This document shows positions 37,536-49,184 of a stretch of 64,000 bases of DNA, piece by piece; the first letter of the stretch is position 1, and each line of letters opens with the position of its first letter. The notes beneath the pieces were generated by a model that made no database searches, was not told the origin of the DNA, and worked only from the letters and a program-made list of their open reading frames with translations. Source of the DNA: Podarcis vaucheri (Eukaryota); assembly GCA_965113315.1 (NCBI GenBank), contig OZ220368.1; one strand, given 5' to 3'. The position numbers were made by a program, and so were the translations under genes.

Positions 37536-37881
37536 AAAGGTAAAGGGACCCCTGACCATTAGGTCCAGTCGCAGAGGACTCTGGGCTTGCAGCACTCATC
37601 TCGCTTTACTGGCCGAGGGAGCTGGCGTACAGCTTCCATGTCATGTGGCCAGCATGACTAAGCTGCTTCTGGTGAACCAGAGCAGCACATGGAAATGCCG
37701 TTTACCTTCCCACCAGAGTGGTACCTATTTATCTACTTGCACTTCGTGCTTTCGAACTGCTAGGTTGGCAGGAGCAGGGACTGAGCAACAGGAGCTCACC
37801 CCGTCGCAGGGATTCAAACCGCCGACCTTCTGATTGGCAAGCCCTGTGCTCTGTGGTTTAACCCACAGCGCCACCTGTGTC
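37536..37881 (-). mobile_element. Sauria SINE, near full length, nested in an old palindromic repeat (37478-37924)
   Basis: Tail aaaggtaaaggg, body ggtacctatttatctacttgcac, tRNA-like head with B-box (ggtttgaatcc on minus) and A-box (ggtggcgctgtgggtta); flanking cataggg duplication. Confidence 0.93.
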
Positions 37882-38166
37882 ATAGGGCTTAGTCCCAAGT
37901 AAATGGGTACAGAATTGCAGCCTAAATATTTTCCCATTGTCTAGCTCAGACATCCCGTTCAGAATGTGATTTGAAGGCTGGAAATAGACCATGGCTTCAC
38001 TCCTTCCATCTAACATTCTCCATTTCCTGGTTGTTCTAAGCATGGATTTGGAATCTGGCAACTATGGTTTGCTTGATTTGGATGCCATGACAAGCTATAG
38101 TTAGAACAAATCAGGAAACTGAGGAGGAAACCAGTGTCATGTTTCTAATCCTTCCAAATTGTGGTT

Positions 38167-38168
<2 letters not shown>

Positions 38169-38224
<56 letters not shown>

Positions 38225-38660
38225 TTATTAGGTTTTAACAATAAGAAGTTTAGAAAAATAGTAAAGACAAAAAAGATACAAAGTTATAAAATACAAAGCT
38301 ACAAACATTAAACACAAAAAAGAAATAGGAAAAAGACATATATATAAAGAAAAAAAAATCCCTCTTTCTTAAATTATCCTCTTTAGTTAACTTATTTTCC
38401 TGACTTCCTCACATCTCCCATTTTTGTATCCCTTTTAAAAATTAATTCAGCAAGTTCATGTCCTATTATTCTATCTATTATTAATCCAATCTTATATTTT
38501 ACCTTGTTGCTAAAACCCCTGCAATTCATTTCAATGTCCTCAACATTCAAAAATTTTACAATATTTCTGCAAATAAGTTTTAAATTTCCTCCAATCTTCT
38601 TCCACTGACTCTTCTCCCTGGTCTCGGATTCTGCCAGTCATTTCCGCCAGTTCCATGTAG
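38169..38660 (-). mobile_element. 5'-truncated L1-clade LINE with (TA)n tail and TSD
   Basis: Perfect 15-bp TSD ccaaattgtggttta (38154-38168, 38661-38675); minus strand reads YMELAEMTGRIRDQGEESVEEDWRKF, resembling an L1 ORF2 C-terminus, then an AT-rich 3' UTR and (TA)n at 38172-38219. Confidence 0.8.
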
Positions 38661-38699
38661 CCAAATTGTGGTTTAGAGAATTGTCAGAACCGAGTTTTT

Positions 38700-38782
38700 C
38701 CCACAGGCATTGGTTGGCCACTGTGAGAGTACAGGATACAGGACTAGATGGGCCTGATCCAACAAGCTCTTATGTTCTTATG
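38700..38782 (+). mobile_element. CR1/L2-group LINE or SINE 3' tail
   Basis: tggttggccactgtgag...ggactagatgggcctgatcca...ctcttatgttcttatg. Confidence 0.65.
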
Positions 38783-40540
38783 AGGCTGTAGCCAGGTTTG
38801 TGCTCTGAAGGCATGTGATTCAACAGACTTGTTGCCTTGAAGCAGGCCTGGGTATTCTTAGCATGTAAATTAGGGATACTATCTGGGAATTCTTTGGGGT
38901 CTTCCAGACAACCTATTTATTGATCATTCATCCTGATTTGCTTTCACAGGAGTTACGTTGTACCTAGGGGTTCTGATTTGTTTGTGGGGAGGTCATACAA
39001 CAATGAACATTCATCCTGATTTGCTTGTGGTGTATTCATACGTCTTTGCAGTGACCATTTGTTCATATCACACTTTTCAATGCATTTCCCTGTCACTTCC
39101 CTAACCACAAAAGTCAGTTTCTTTTTTAAAGTGGATTTGTTGTGGTGGGATGATAAAGCACTTTAATCCACTTTAATTGCACAAACCTAAATTTCTTGGT
39201 ATGTGCTTGACTCCTTCGTGCAAAATGCTGACAGTCTGGAGGTGCTATTGATATGCCATTTTGAGCTCTGTGGAAGAAAAGTGAGCTATAAGTGTAGTAA
39301 TAATATGTAGGCTCAAAGTGTACACATCTTGTTCAATCACATCTGTCACGCCGCTGCATGCATCTATTTAAAATGTGTCAGTCAAGCTGCATGCTCTGTG
39401 ATGTATGCTCTTAAACTATAGCCCGCAAAGCAGCCCTTTGGGGAGGAGACACAGGCCTTACTGAGCCTTCTGGGTGCTATAGTTGTCCAAATAGCACTGG
39501 GAACCCAATGTCTTTAAAAGCCATAATTTAAAACTTTTTCCAAATCATTGTGTGTTAAAAAGTCATAACTTGAGGGTTCGTTACACTTCCCTGGGTTTAG
39601 AACCACTTTTAGGGTTGCATGTCAAGTTTTTATTGGCAAACCTCAGATGTGGGAATATGACTGCTCTTTCCCTTGCTTTATTCTAGCTGCATTTTTTAAA
39701 AAGTTGCCGGCATATATCAGTAGAGGGTAACTATCTGACACAGTCCTCTAAAACTGTAAACAGCATTTTGTCCCTAACACTTTGTGGAGTAAATTCTTAC
39801 TTAACTAGGAACACCCCCCCCCCACTGGTTTGGATGAAAATTGATTCTATCTATTTCTCTCAAACACCGCCGCCCATGCAGCGAAAGTTTGAGAATTAAG
39901 ATTAAAAGTGGGGAAAACAGTAAAAAGGGCACACACAAAAAACCACCCCACCCCACCAAGGAAATGTTGGGAATGTTGATAGTTTTGCAAACTGGTGGGA
40001 ATTTGATTTTGGTAAAATTGTATCACTTGCCTATATCATACACACCTGGTGTACAAGTTGTGGATCACAGGAATGTCTGGGTGGCATGGGCTTATTTTGG
40101 AATGTTACTGTTCTTCAGAGTACAGAAATGCTTAGCCACTTTCTGGCATGGCTGGTGACAGTTGAACTTTAAAGTTCAATATAGTGTTTAGCCCACTGGA
40201 GCTTCAATGAACATGTTCAGTGCAAAGGTTGTACGTGGTGTGGTCATCAGGATATTCTTCTAGACCTATGGGGGAGAATAAATACTCTTATATTCCAGTA
40301 TTTCTGTGGCTATTTTTATGGACAGTACGGGAACAACTGCTTTCCTAAAATGCTTAGAAGTCCCTATAAACTGTAGGCTCTTGAATATTTATTACTAAAA
40401 TATGTGAAAACATATTTGGAACATGGACCTGTTTAACTTTAAAATACTTTATCTCATCATGAAACTCTCCTCCCATATCATAGTGGGTTGGAGCTTTGAA
40501 GCCTTATGCAACCATGTATCGCCCCCTGTGATAGATGGGG

Positions 40541-40762
40541 ACATAGGAAGTTGACTTATACTAGCTCAGACTATTTATCCATCTAGCTCAATATTGTCTG
40601 TTGACTGGCAGTGGCTCTCCAGAGTCTCAGGCCGAGGTCTTTCACATCACCTGCTACCTGATCCCTTTAAAAACCAAGCCAAACCAGGAGATGTCAGGGA
40701 TTCCGCCTAGGACCTTCTGCACACATAGCATGTGTTCTACCGCTGAACTGTGGTCCCTTCCC
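40541..40762 (-). mobile_element. Old tRNA-derived SINE
   Basis: Minus strand starts gggaagggaccacagttcagcggtagaaca (A-box-like), with a B-box-like remnant and body gagagccactgccagtca...gagctagatgga. Confidence 0.8.
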
Positions 40763-41738
40763 AAATCTATAGTATTTCTTCATGGTTCAGTTCTTGGTGT
40801 GTTTGGGATTTCTCAGTGCATTCGGCTTGTTTTCTTTTTCCGTCTACCACAATAGCAGTTTTCAGACAGGCAGGACTAGGATTAAATGAGTACCCAGTGC
40901 ATTTGCTTGGGGCATCAATGGGCAAAGATAAAGATAAGCCTGGGATTTTGTTCTGCAGCAGTTGTTTCGAATTTTTTTTCTTGATGGTGGTCTAACTGGA
41001 CACCACTACCAACCATGCTGCCTTCCCAAACCATCACACGAGGATCCCAGGGTTAAGGCATTTTCATACATGGCACTAAAAGTACCTTGCCTTGTTCTCT
41101 ATATGTACTCATATAAATGCTGTTGATGTGGGTAGAGGGAGAAGTAAACCATTTTAAACCATCCCAAGTTTGCTCTTCATTCAAATATTGTCAGAGGAGC
41201 ATAGGAACCAGACAAGAGAAAGCAGGAACCATACTGTATCACAGCACCTGTAACACATCATGTGTTGCCCAATAAAATGTTAGTTGATGGTATGCATTTG
41301 AATCTGCTAACTGCGTGTATGGATGGATGGGTGGGTGGATGAATACTTTTGAGGAAGAAACGACTACTTTGTTTCTATTTTTAAAAGTTACTTAGTTGTT
41401 TATGCAGCAAACCGCTAGGCAACATACAATACAATACAGTACAGTATAAACTTTCAAGCATACAATCAGTCAGTTAGATAATGTATACTTTCTTCATGGC
41501 AAGTGCTCTCTTGGAAGAGATACTTCCTTCTGTATACGAAGTATCATGGTGCAGATAAACACAATTCATAACTGCATGATTCATGTAGCATGTTTTCGGT
41601 TACGTTTTTTTCATCTGCAAACATTATCTGTACCTATAAAACTAATATGTACAGTTGACCTATTATAATTGGTTTGATTTAAGTGTACCTAAGCTCCGGA
41701 GAAAAGCTAGAAAAGAACTGTAGGTAAACAAAATGGAT

Positions 41739-41876
41739 CTGGTTAGAGCGCAGTGCTGATAATGACAAGGTTGTAGGTTCAATGCCTGTTTGGGGCTGCT
41801 GCATATTCCTGCGTTGCGGGGTGTTGGTCTACATGATCCTCAGCGACCTTTCCAACTCTAGAATTCTGTGATTCTA
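41739..41876 (+). mobile_element. Short tRNA-derived SINE with CR1-type tail
   Basis: tggttagagcgcagtgctgataat...aaggttgtaggttcaatgcc (tRNA-like, B-box 41776-41786) fused to a ...ttccaactctagaattctgtgattcta CR1 tail. Confidence 0.8.
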
Positions 41877-42178
41877 CTCCACCTTGCCTCCTGACCAGTT
41901 ATACAAACTCATGACGTTTTGGAGCAAGCTGCATGTTTTTTCTCTGTCTTTTTTCTCTAAGTGGCTAGGATTGCCTGCTGAACAAAGATGTAATGGAGGG
42001 GAATGGCAAGTTGAAGGAGATGGATTCATGTTGTTTCTATGCGTCATGTATAAGATTAAAATCTACTTTTGTGTTCCCACGCTTGTAATAGCAAAGCCTA
42101 TGCTGGCGAAAACGTTCGTGTGATTTTAAAATTGCTCTCCCGCTTTTAGTTCTAAATGTTTTTATCCTTGGATAAAGA

Positions 42179-42372
42179 GGGAGAGGCTATAGCTCAGTGG
42201 CAGAGCACATGTATTGATTGCAGGAAGTCAGTTACCAGAATTACTAGGTGATGTTGGGAAATACTCTTGTCTTAAACCCTGGACAGCTACTGCCAGTCAG
42301 TGGAGACAATGCTGAGCTAGATGCGCCAATGGAATGGCAGAAGTGACTTGCCTAGTGGAGTGCAGCTTCTAT
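42179..42372 (+). mobile_element. Old tRNA-derived SINE
   Basis: A-box tagctcagtgg (42190-42200), body ccctggacagctactgccagtcagtggagacaatgctgagctagatg; same family as 40541-40762 in opposite orientation. Confidence 0.75.
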
Positions 42373-43318
42373 GCTACCATTCTGGCAGATGGGTCTCTCT
42401 TGCTTACCAGGAGGAGGAGGGTGTGAGGTTGCAGGGAGCTTTGCATGATGATTTGCTATACAGCAGCTTCTGGTGTTCGTATTAACGGCCTTCACATGTG
42501 CTCACACCGCATTTATAAATTGAAACAAAACAATATACAATCATACTTTTTTTGCCCACCAGTGATTGAAATGTTCTTTTTGAAACAAGATTCTGTAGCT
42601 GCTTTTATGGTTGTGCTGCTCTTTATGTTTGCTTTAGATGCTGTTTTTAGCTTCATAACTTTGTGTTTTTATGGTTTAATTAGGAATTTATTCTTACTTT
42701 TATTTTTATAAGCCATTTCAAGCAACTCCTTTTGTGGAGTGAAAATGCAGGGTAAATTTTTTCTACAAAATAAAAAAGCTTCAGAGGCACTGATTTGATG
42801 GAGGGAGTTGATAAATTGAAAGAAAATATTGCAGGAATATAAAAAGGGAAGGGGAAAGGAATCCTATTGGACTATGAAGGTCTGAGCAGCACTTACAATG
42901 TAGGTAATACTGATAATGTGTACAGCTAGGATTGCTTTTTTTTTTAAAGTGTGGTTGAGATTTTGAAAAGCAAGTTTTTTTCACATTTTGAACAACTTAT
43001 TTGCTGAAAATAGAGTTTGTGTCCCTGTGAAGTAGGAAGATGCATGTTGGAAAGCACTGTCAGCAGCTTTGTATAGTTAGCATGTGACTAAAAGCTGAAT
43101 TGTATCTCTGTTTTGCTTGCAAAATGTTCATCATCTTTCCTGCTAACTTTGCAACTCCCACAGTCCAAGTTCAACAGCCTTTGTCTCAGAATGCTGTTTC
43201 TCCGGTGCCCTACTATCCTGTGTCCTAGTATCACTAGCCTGAAACATGTATATTTTCAACAAAACCAAAAATGTAGTAATCTCTGTGCCCTTGAATTCTC
43301 CTGCAGCTACAAGTATGT

Positions 43319-43320
<2 letters not shown>

Positions 43321-43360
<40 letters not shown>
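43321..43360. repeat. (GT)20 microsatellite
   Basis: Seen directly. Confidence 0.97.
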
Positions 43361-43362
<2 letters not shown>

Positions 43363-44454
43363 TTGATAGTGTGAGGGACTACAGGAGAGAGTCGACAACT
43401 CCACATGGGAATTAATGTCATTCATACACCCTGCGGAAATGACTTTTGAAATGCATATAATCTCAAACATGCAAATGAGAAGCTTGCTTCACCCTGTTTA
43501 ATATGAATGATCAGCTTCTGAATAGCTATTATTACACGCCACATTTCAGCAATTATGTTGTTCCCAGTTTGTCGGTCTATCGTGCCAAAAAAAGGGAGGG
43601 GGGAACCACGCATAGGAAAGAAAAGGTAGAAAAAAGAAATATCCCTTTTTTGCTGCCCCTCTTCCGCTTTCAAACTTGCTGACCGCTTCTCTGATCAGTC
43701 CCAGTTAATGTCTTTCTTCTTCTTCACTTCTTTGCTGGCTTGGCAGCTTGTTTCCTTTATCAAGAGACAAAATTAAAACAAGACACCCTAGTGTGTCTGT
43801 TGCGTTTTAGCCATTTTGTTTTAGTCTTACGTCAATTGTAGATAGATTTATTAAGGTGAAATGGCACTGCCATATAGAATTGGGATAGCAAAACTCTGCC
43901 CATTGATCTAACAGAATTGGTGCTACCAGTTTAAGATAATTGGTATTTCCTCCTTTACGCTGATATAACTATTTGTAGTATACTGCTAAAGTAACGTGAG
44001 TCAATATTAGAATCTTCTTTCACTTTATGTTTAAAACAAACTCCTAGCTTTTCTGGTTGCAGAGAAAAGCTTGAAAACATGACAATAGTGCATTCTTAAC
44101 TATCTCAAATGAGAAATTTAGAAAAAGGAACCTTTTCCATCTTCCAAAAAGAATTTTCTATAAGAATCCCCTCCTGCCCTGCAAAAAATCTAGCATTTTA
44201 TTAAAGTCAAGCAGATACCAGCTGCTGGGCCTATCCAATGCCAAACCTCACTGCAAATAATTCCTGCTGTCAGTGTACCAGGCAATTTACTAAGTAAGTA
44301 ATCTAGAGCATCTCTCACTGGACATGTTACTGATTGTGCGTACAGCTAGGGGAAACAGTTACTCTAAATAAATCCAGTCAGAAGTGATGATTTTGAATGT
44401 ATGAAGAATAAAAAACTGACTTTTTTCAACTCCTCTTTTTCTTCCTTTTGTCAA

Positions 44455-44458
<4 letters not shown>

Positions 44459-44512
<54 letters not shown>

Positions 44513-44520
44513 TGTGTGTG
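44459..44520. repeat. (TC)n(TG)n compound microsatellite
   Basis: Seen directly. Confidence 0.97.
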
Positions 44521-45539
44521 ATGTCAACTAATTCTTGCCCAGCTCTGTAGGATGACATAATCTTTGTCTTCCTCCTTGTAGTTCTGAGTTTTTCGCTTTT
44601 TACAAACTCAATGCATAGAGACTTACAAAATATTAAAGTCCAGAACTTACCATACTTAATTCTATTTAGAGAAGTGAGTGGCCCCATGCCAACCAGTATA
44701 CCAGCAGAGCAACCCAGGTACTCAGAAAAAGAGTGTGCTTAAAAGGAAAATGAGAAGATCATATGAATGCATATTGCTATGGAATCCTGGCAGTATAAGG
44801 GTAGAATACAGACCCCAGTTTTCCCTATGGGCTCCTTAAAGTTGTTACGAGGTCTACTGCCATCACTATTTACAGGTTTCCTTTGGGATGGAAAAGGAAA
44901 GTCCTCTGATCCATATTACCCCTACAGGATTATTTAAGCTGTACAAGTGGCAAAATACCTTACAGGTTATAGGAACATGAATGGGAAGAAATCAATATTG
45001 CCTCTGAACTCTCCCTAATAGTGAGTATGGGTGGGGGAGGATTAACCTCCCCTATTCTCCCTTCCCCATGTTTGAACCTCAGAAAGTATTGTTTCCTTTT
45101 GTGTTTCCATCAACCTGCTGCCAGTTGTCTCTCCACACTCCCATGGCAACCTTGCCTGGCAGGCTGTTGGCCTGCAGTTCAGGGGTGGCGTGCCAAGTCC
45201 AAGGCCTTCTTGCGGCCCTTTCAGGAAGGAAGAGCGAAAGTGAGTGAGCCAAGTTATTCAAGGCTGGCTGCCTTCTTGGTCCTGAAAGAGGATAGAGATG
45301 GTCAAAAGTCTTTTTTTCTTTTTTTAAGAAGGGGGGCACCTTTTATCCAGAAGGCTAATGTGGACATTGTGGTTAGTGTTGGACTGAGACGAGGGAGATT
45401 GGGTACCCAATGGCCTTGAAGCTCCCTTGGGTATACCATGATCAGTCATATTCATCTCTCTCTCTCTCTTTCTCTCCTCTCTTCTGTTCTCTTCTGCTCT
45501 GTTTTCTCTCTGTGTGTCTCTCTCAGCCTGACAGGGTTG

Positions 45540-45805
45540 CTAACTGGGATCCCACAGCTAATTCTCCCCTGGTCTCCTCGCTGGCCCAAATAGGACTAAT
45601 TTAGCCAGCTAGCCCTGGTGATCATCTAATGTTTATTGGATGGACTTTCCCCCTAAACTGATTTTTGAATTCTGAATTTATTGTTATTCATGTTTTATAC
45701 TGTATTTTATGCTGTTTTTTGTTGCATCAATTAAGTGTTTCAAATTTGTTGTTAGCCGCCCTGAGCCTGATTTTCTGAACCGGGAAGGGCGGGGTATAAA
45801 TAAAA

Positions 45806-45847
<42 letters not shown>
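45540..45847 (+). mobile_element. L2-type LINE 3' UTR with (TTA)n tail; 5' boundary approximate
   Basis: T-rich UTR, ttagccgccctgagcc...gaagggcggggtataaat stem-loop, (TTA)n at 45808-45847. Confidence 0.7.
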
Positions 45848-47424
45848 GTGATTGTGTGTATGTGATTCCCCATAGTTTTTATCCCACTCACAGCGGCATT
45901 TTCTTTAATGGAGGGTTCTTGATAGATGCATGTGCTTGAGATAGAAATTACTTCTTCCCAAGAGTCCTTTAGGACCACTACGTTCTTAGTTGTTTGGTTT
46001 TTCTTAGTTAGTTTCTGAGACTGGAACAAAAACCCCTCCACATCGGTAGTCTTTTCTGAACTGAGGACCCACCTTTTAGCCCAAACATTTCTTCCTTTCC
46101 TTTTTTAGCCATGTATTTGTATGGTGGTACTGTGGCTGCTGCAACCCACCTTAGAGCAGGACATGACCTGTAATGAGTCCAGACCCAGCAGTTGAAGACC
46201 AGTTGAAGAAGCAGAGACAGCTTCTTTGTATCCCCCACCCCTTTTTTCATTTTAAAGAGGAAAGAAACTTTAACTGACAAGCATTAAAGGTTTCAAAAAC
46301 AAAGTGGAACAAACAGCCGGGTCTGCTGTATTGCTTCTCCCACTATCATTCCGGTGGTGCTAATTTCAAATTTAGACATATGGGCACACGATTTTTCAGG
46401 ATGGTAATTTGTCCAGCCTTGCATACCCACTCCCATCTATGGTAAAAATGTGGAAAGTCGCCTTTGACTATAAGGTGGGTTTAAAAGCAGAGCTGCTGTC
46501 TACTAGTTCCTTGCTTTGCCTATCTGGCGGCTTCTTTGAAGTTAGGGCTGGATTTTCAAAATAGACCTGGCTTTAGTTTGCTACGGATGCCTTCCTGATG
46601 CCTGCTGGTTTACTGCAGTATGTGCTCTTGCTACTGTACACTTTGCACTTGAGCAGCAGTAATTCTATTTCACGTTGCTGTTTGTTTTCCTTTGGATGCT
46701 TAAAAACCGTGTCACCCATACTCATATAATGCAAGGGAATAGTAACCTGCAGTGAGAGAGGTTTTACATGAGAGGTTTGGGGGGTATTGTGGCTCTTGGT
46801 ATTCTTTGCTGCTATCGTGTGTGGTGGTTTTCTTGGTTTCTCCTGTCTCTAGGGTGGACTTGCCCCCTTTTAATGGTATGTCCCAATTCCTAGTATATTG
46901 GCTGCTTCAGTTTTGACTAATGTATGTGTTTTATTAACCCATTGTTTTGTTTATTTTGGGGGGTAGTGTTTATTAATTGGCTTTCTTTTAGGCATTGAAT
47001 CAGCGCTCTGCAGGCTTATTGTAGCTTGTTTTCATATTGCTTGGTTGTCTTCTGATACTTGTTTTTGTATGCTGTTTATTTGGGCTTCCTTCTGAAAGGA
47101 AAAGTGGGGTATTGGTACATGTTGAAATGAAAACACACAGCATAGCTGCTACTCTTTTTGAGCCTTGGAACAAAACAGAGCAAACAGCAGGAATATGCTT
47201 CTCACTAAAGTGTACAAAAGTTATGTTATGATGAAGTTAAGATTGGAGTAAAGTGCTACTCTTTGAAAAAGGAAAGCTGCCTTCTATTTATTAACAATAA
47301 AATGGAAATATCAGCATATCCTGCCCTGGTATTTGTTAACTCTTCAGCCCAAACTTGCAGGGATTGGCAACCTACCATTCACTTATGTATTGAGTAGCTG
47401 CTAAAATGTGCAGTGATTGCCTTA

Positions 47425-47552
47425 TGCTGTGACCCTCCATGTGTTGTTAGACTCCTTCTCCAGTCAGCCCACGGCATCATGGTCAGTGGTTAGCTGTGGT
47501 GGGCATTGTAGTCCAAACACATCTGGAGGATCAGAGGCTCCCCACCCCTGGT
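47425..47552. mobile_element. Old hAT-type MITE
   Basis: ccctccatgtgttgttagact ... agtccaaacacatctggagg...ccccacccctg dyad; homologous, in inverted orientation, to 55825-55961. Confidence 0.7.
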
Positions 47553-48985
47553 TTAACAGGTTTTATGTTGATGTAATCACCACTAAGACAAACTATAGAA
47601 ATCGAAAACTTTCATATTCATTGCAATTTACATGTTAAGGTGAAGAAATGCTTTGGTTTTTAACAGCATTTTGTGGAAGATGGGGGGCAAGGGTCTTTTC
47701 AAAGGCAAACATTTCCTGAAGTACCTCCTGCTTTTCTTATGAAATCTTAGTTTATCCAGATGTGTTTGTGCTGACTGCATGGCTAGGTAGGAGACTTGGA
47801 AATATTAAATTGCCAACTCCATCAGCTCATGTGGGAAGTCCTTTGTTGCGCCATCATTTTCTTTTGAAATCATTATGCTGATACACCCATTTAGAGTGCA
47901 GAAACCACATTTTATCTTCAGAGGTTTACTCTAGCGGACATTATTCACCAGGCCATGCAAAGCATCATAATCCATAATATGATCACAACAACAAAAATAT
48001 AGTCAGTGGTTCATTTACTAGATCTCATGTTGTGTGAGTGAACCTGTTGAACTGGGCTTCAGCCCCCCCCCCCCCGATTGAGGCATGTCATTGGAAGCAG
48101 TCATGGAAGTGCCTGTTTCTCACAATGTTTCAGGTAGGTGACAGATATACTTTCTCCTAGGCCTCCTGTGATGCTTTTGACTTCTAAACTCTGTATGAGG
48201 GATTCTTTTCTTCTTCTTCTACCGGTTTCTACTAAGTAAGGAGCTTCTCCAAATTCTATGCATTGGAGCAGGCCCAGAGCAAGTGTGTTATGAAAACGAC
48301 TCCTAGCAGCTAAGCTATTTTAATTTCTATGAGAGTTTCACTTGGTAAAAAAGAGGACATGTTAGTGTGTGTACTGAAGACGTTGCTGTACTAAACAACT
48401 TTGTGGGCACAGCTGTTCTCTGGCAAATGTCCCATTGGTTCCTGCTTTCTGGATGTCTTGGGGCATTTATACATCTGGGATGGGGAGGAGTCTGTCGTGC
48501 TTAGGTCATTGCAGTGCAGTGTTTGAAACTGATATGAAAGCTAGGCGCTAAATGGCACCTTAAACCGAGGTTATGGGCAAAACAACTGAATGCCCAGGCG
48601 TGTTTTTCTATAACAAGAATTCAAAGCTGAAAATGAATGAACTGCAGCTAGAATATTATGTTTATTTTTCACATTGTCTAGTCCTTCCCGTGTCCACCCC
48701 CCTAATATTCTTAAGAGGGTCTCTTCTCCTGTACCTAGAAGTGGGGAGGCAGAAAAAGGTCCTCCTTTCCTTCCACTCTGCAGTTTTAATCTGAATCCTA
48801 GGCGCAGTACTGCGTTCAGAGCTCAGAAACTCCTTGCACTAATGAAATTCCTTGTCGTAAAATGGGACAACCGAACGCTGTTGCAGTGTGAACAACATTG
48901 TGCAGAGTGATGCCTTCCAGTATAGCATAGATAGTAGCTTCAGCTGAAATTTATGCTCTTGTAATAGACTGCTTTGCTTATGCAG

Positions 48986-49001
48986 GTGCTGCTAGCAAGT
49001 C
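48986..49001 (+). other. FOXP4: 5' UTR part of the first coding exon of FOXP4
   Basis: 16 nt (gtgctgctagcaagtc) between the acceptor AG and the ATG; a short UTR leader in the first coding exon is typical of FOXP genes. Confidence 0.85.
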
Positions 49002-49184
49002 ATGATGGTTGAATCTGCCTCGGAGACAATACGTTCTACTCCCTCCAGTCAGAATGGGGTCAGCAGCCTAAACAATCCAACTGATGGAGGAGGCGGTGGT
49101 GGATGTGGAAGAGAAGGAGGAGCCAGTGGAGAAACCAATGGAGAAATGAGCCCCGTGGAACTCTTGCATTTTCAGCAGCAGCAG
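49002..49184 (+). CDS. FOXP4: Forkhead box protein P4, first coding exon (61 codons; 3' partial, gene continues beyond window)
   Basis: Translation [61 protein letters not shown] matches the FOXP4 N-terminus as I know it ([12 protein letters not shown]...[15 protein letters not shown]; FOXP2 starts MMQESATET, FOXP1 MMQESG). Acceptor tttgcttatgcAG at 48984-48985; phase-0 donor CAG|GTactg at 49185; in-frame TAG 9 nt upstream of the ATG supports the start. Confidence 0.95.

Larger units (their letters stand above)
7258..48985 (+). other. FOXP4: Probable intron 1 of FOXP4 (~41.7 kb; may hide alternative UTR exons)
   Basis: GT at 7258 to AG at 48984-48985; repeat-rich, no credible host coding ORF. 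Confidence 0.55.

Noticed and set aside
41739-41790. tRNA gene
   Set aside because: Degenerate tRNA-like head lacking a full cloverleaf and fused to a CR1 tail; it is a SINE. The same applies to the heads at 42179 and 56468.
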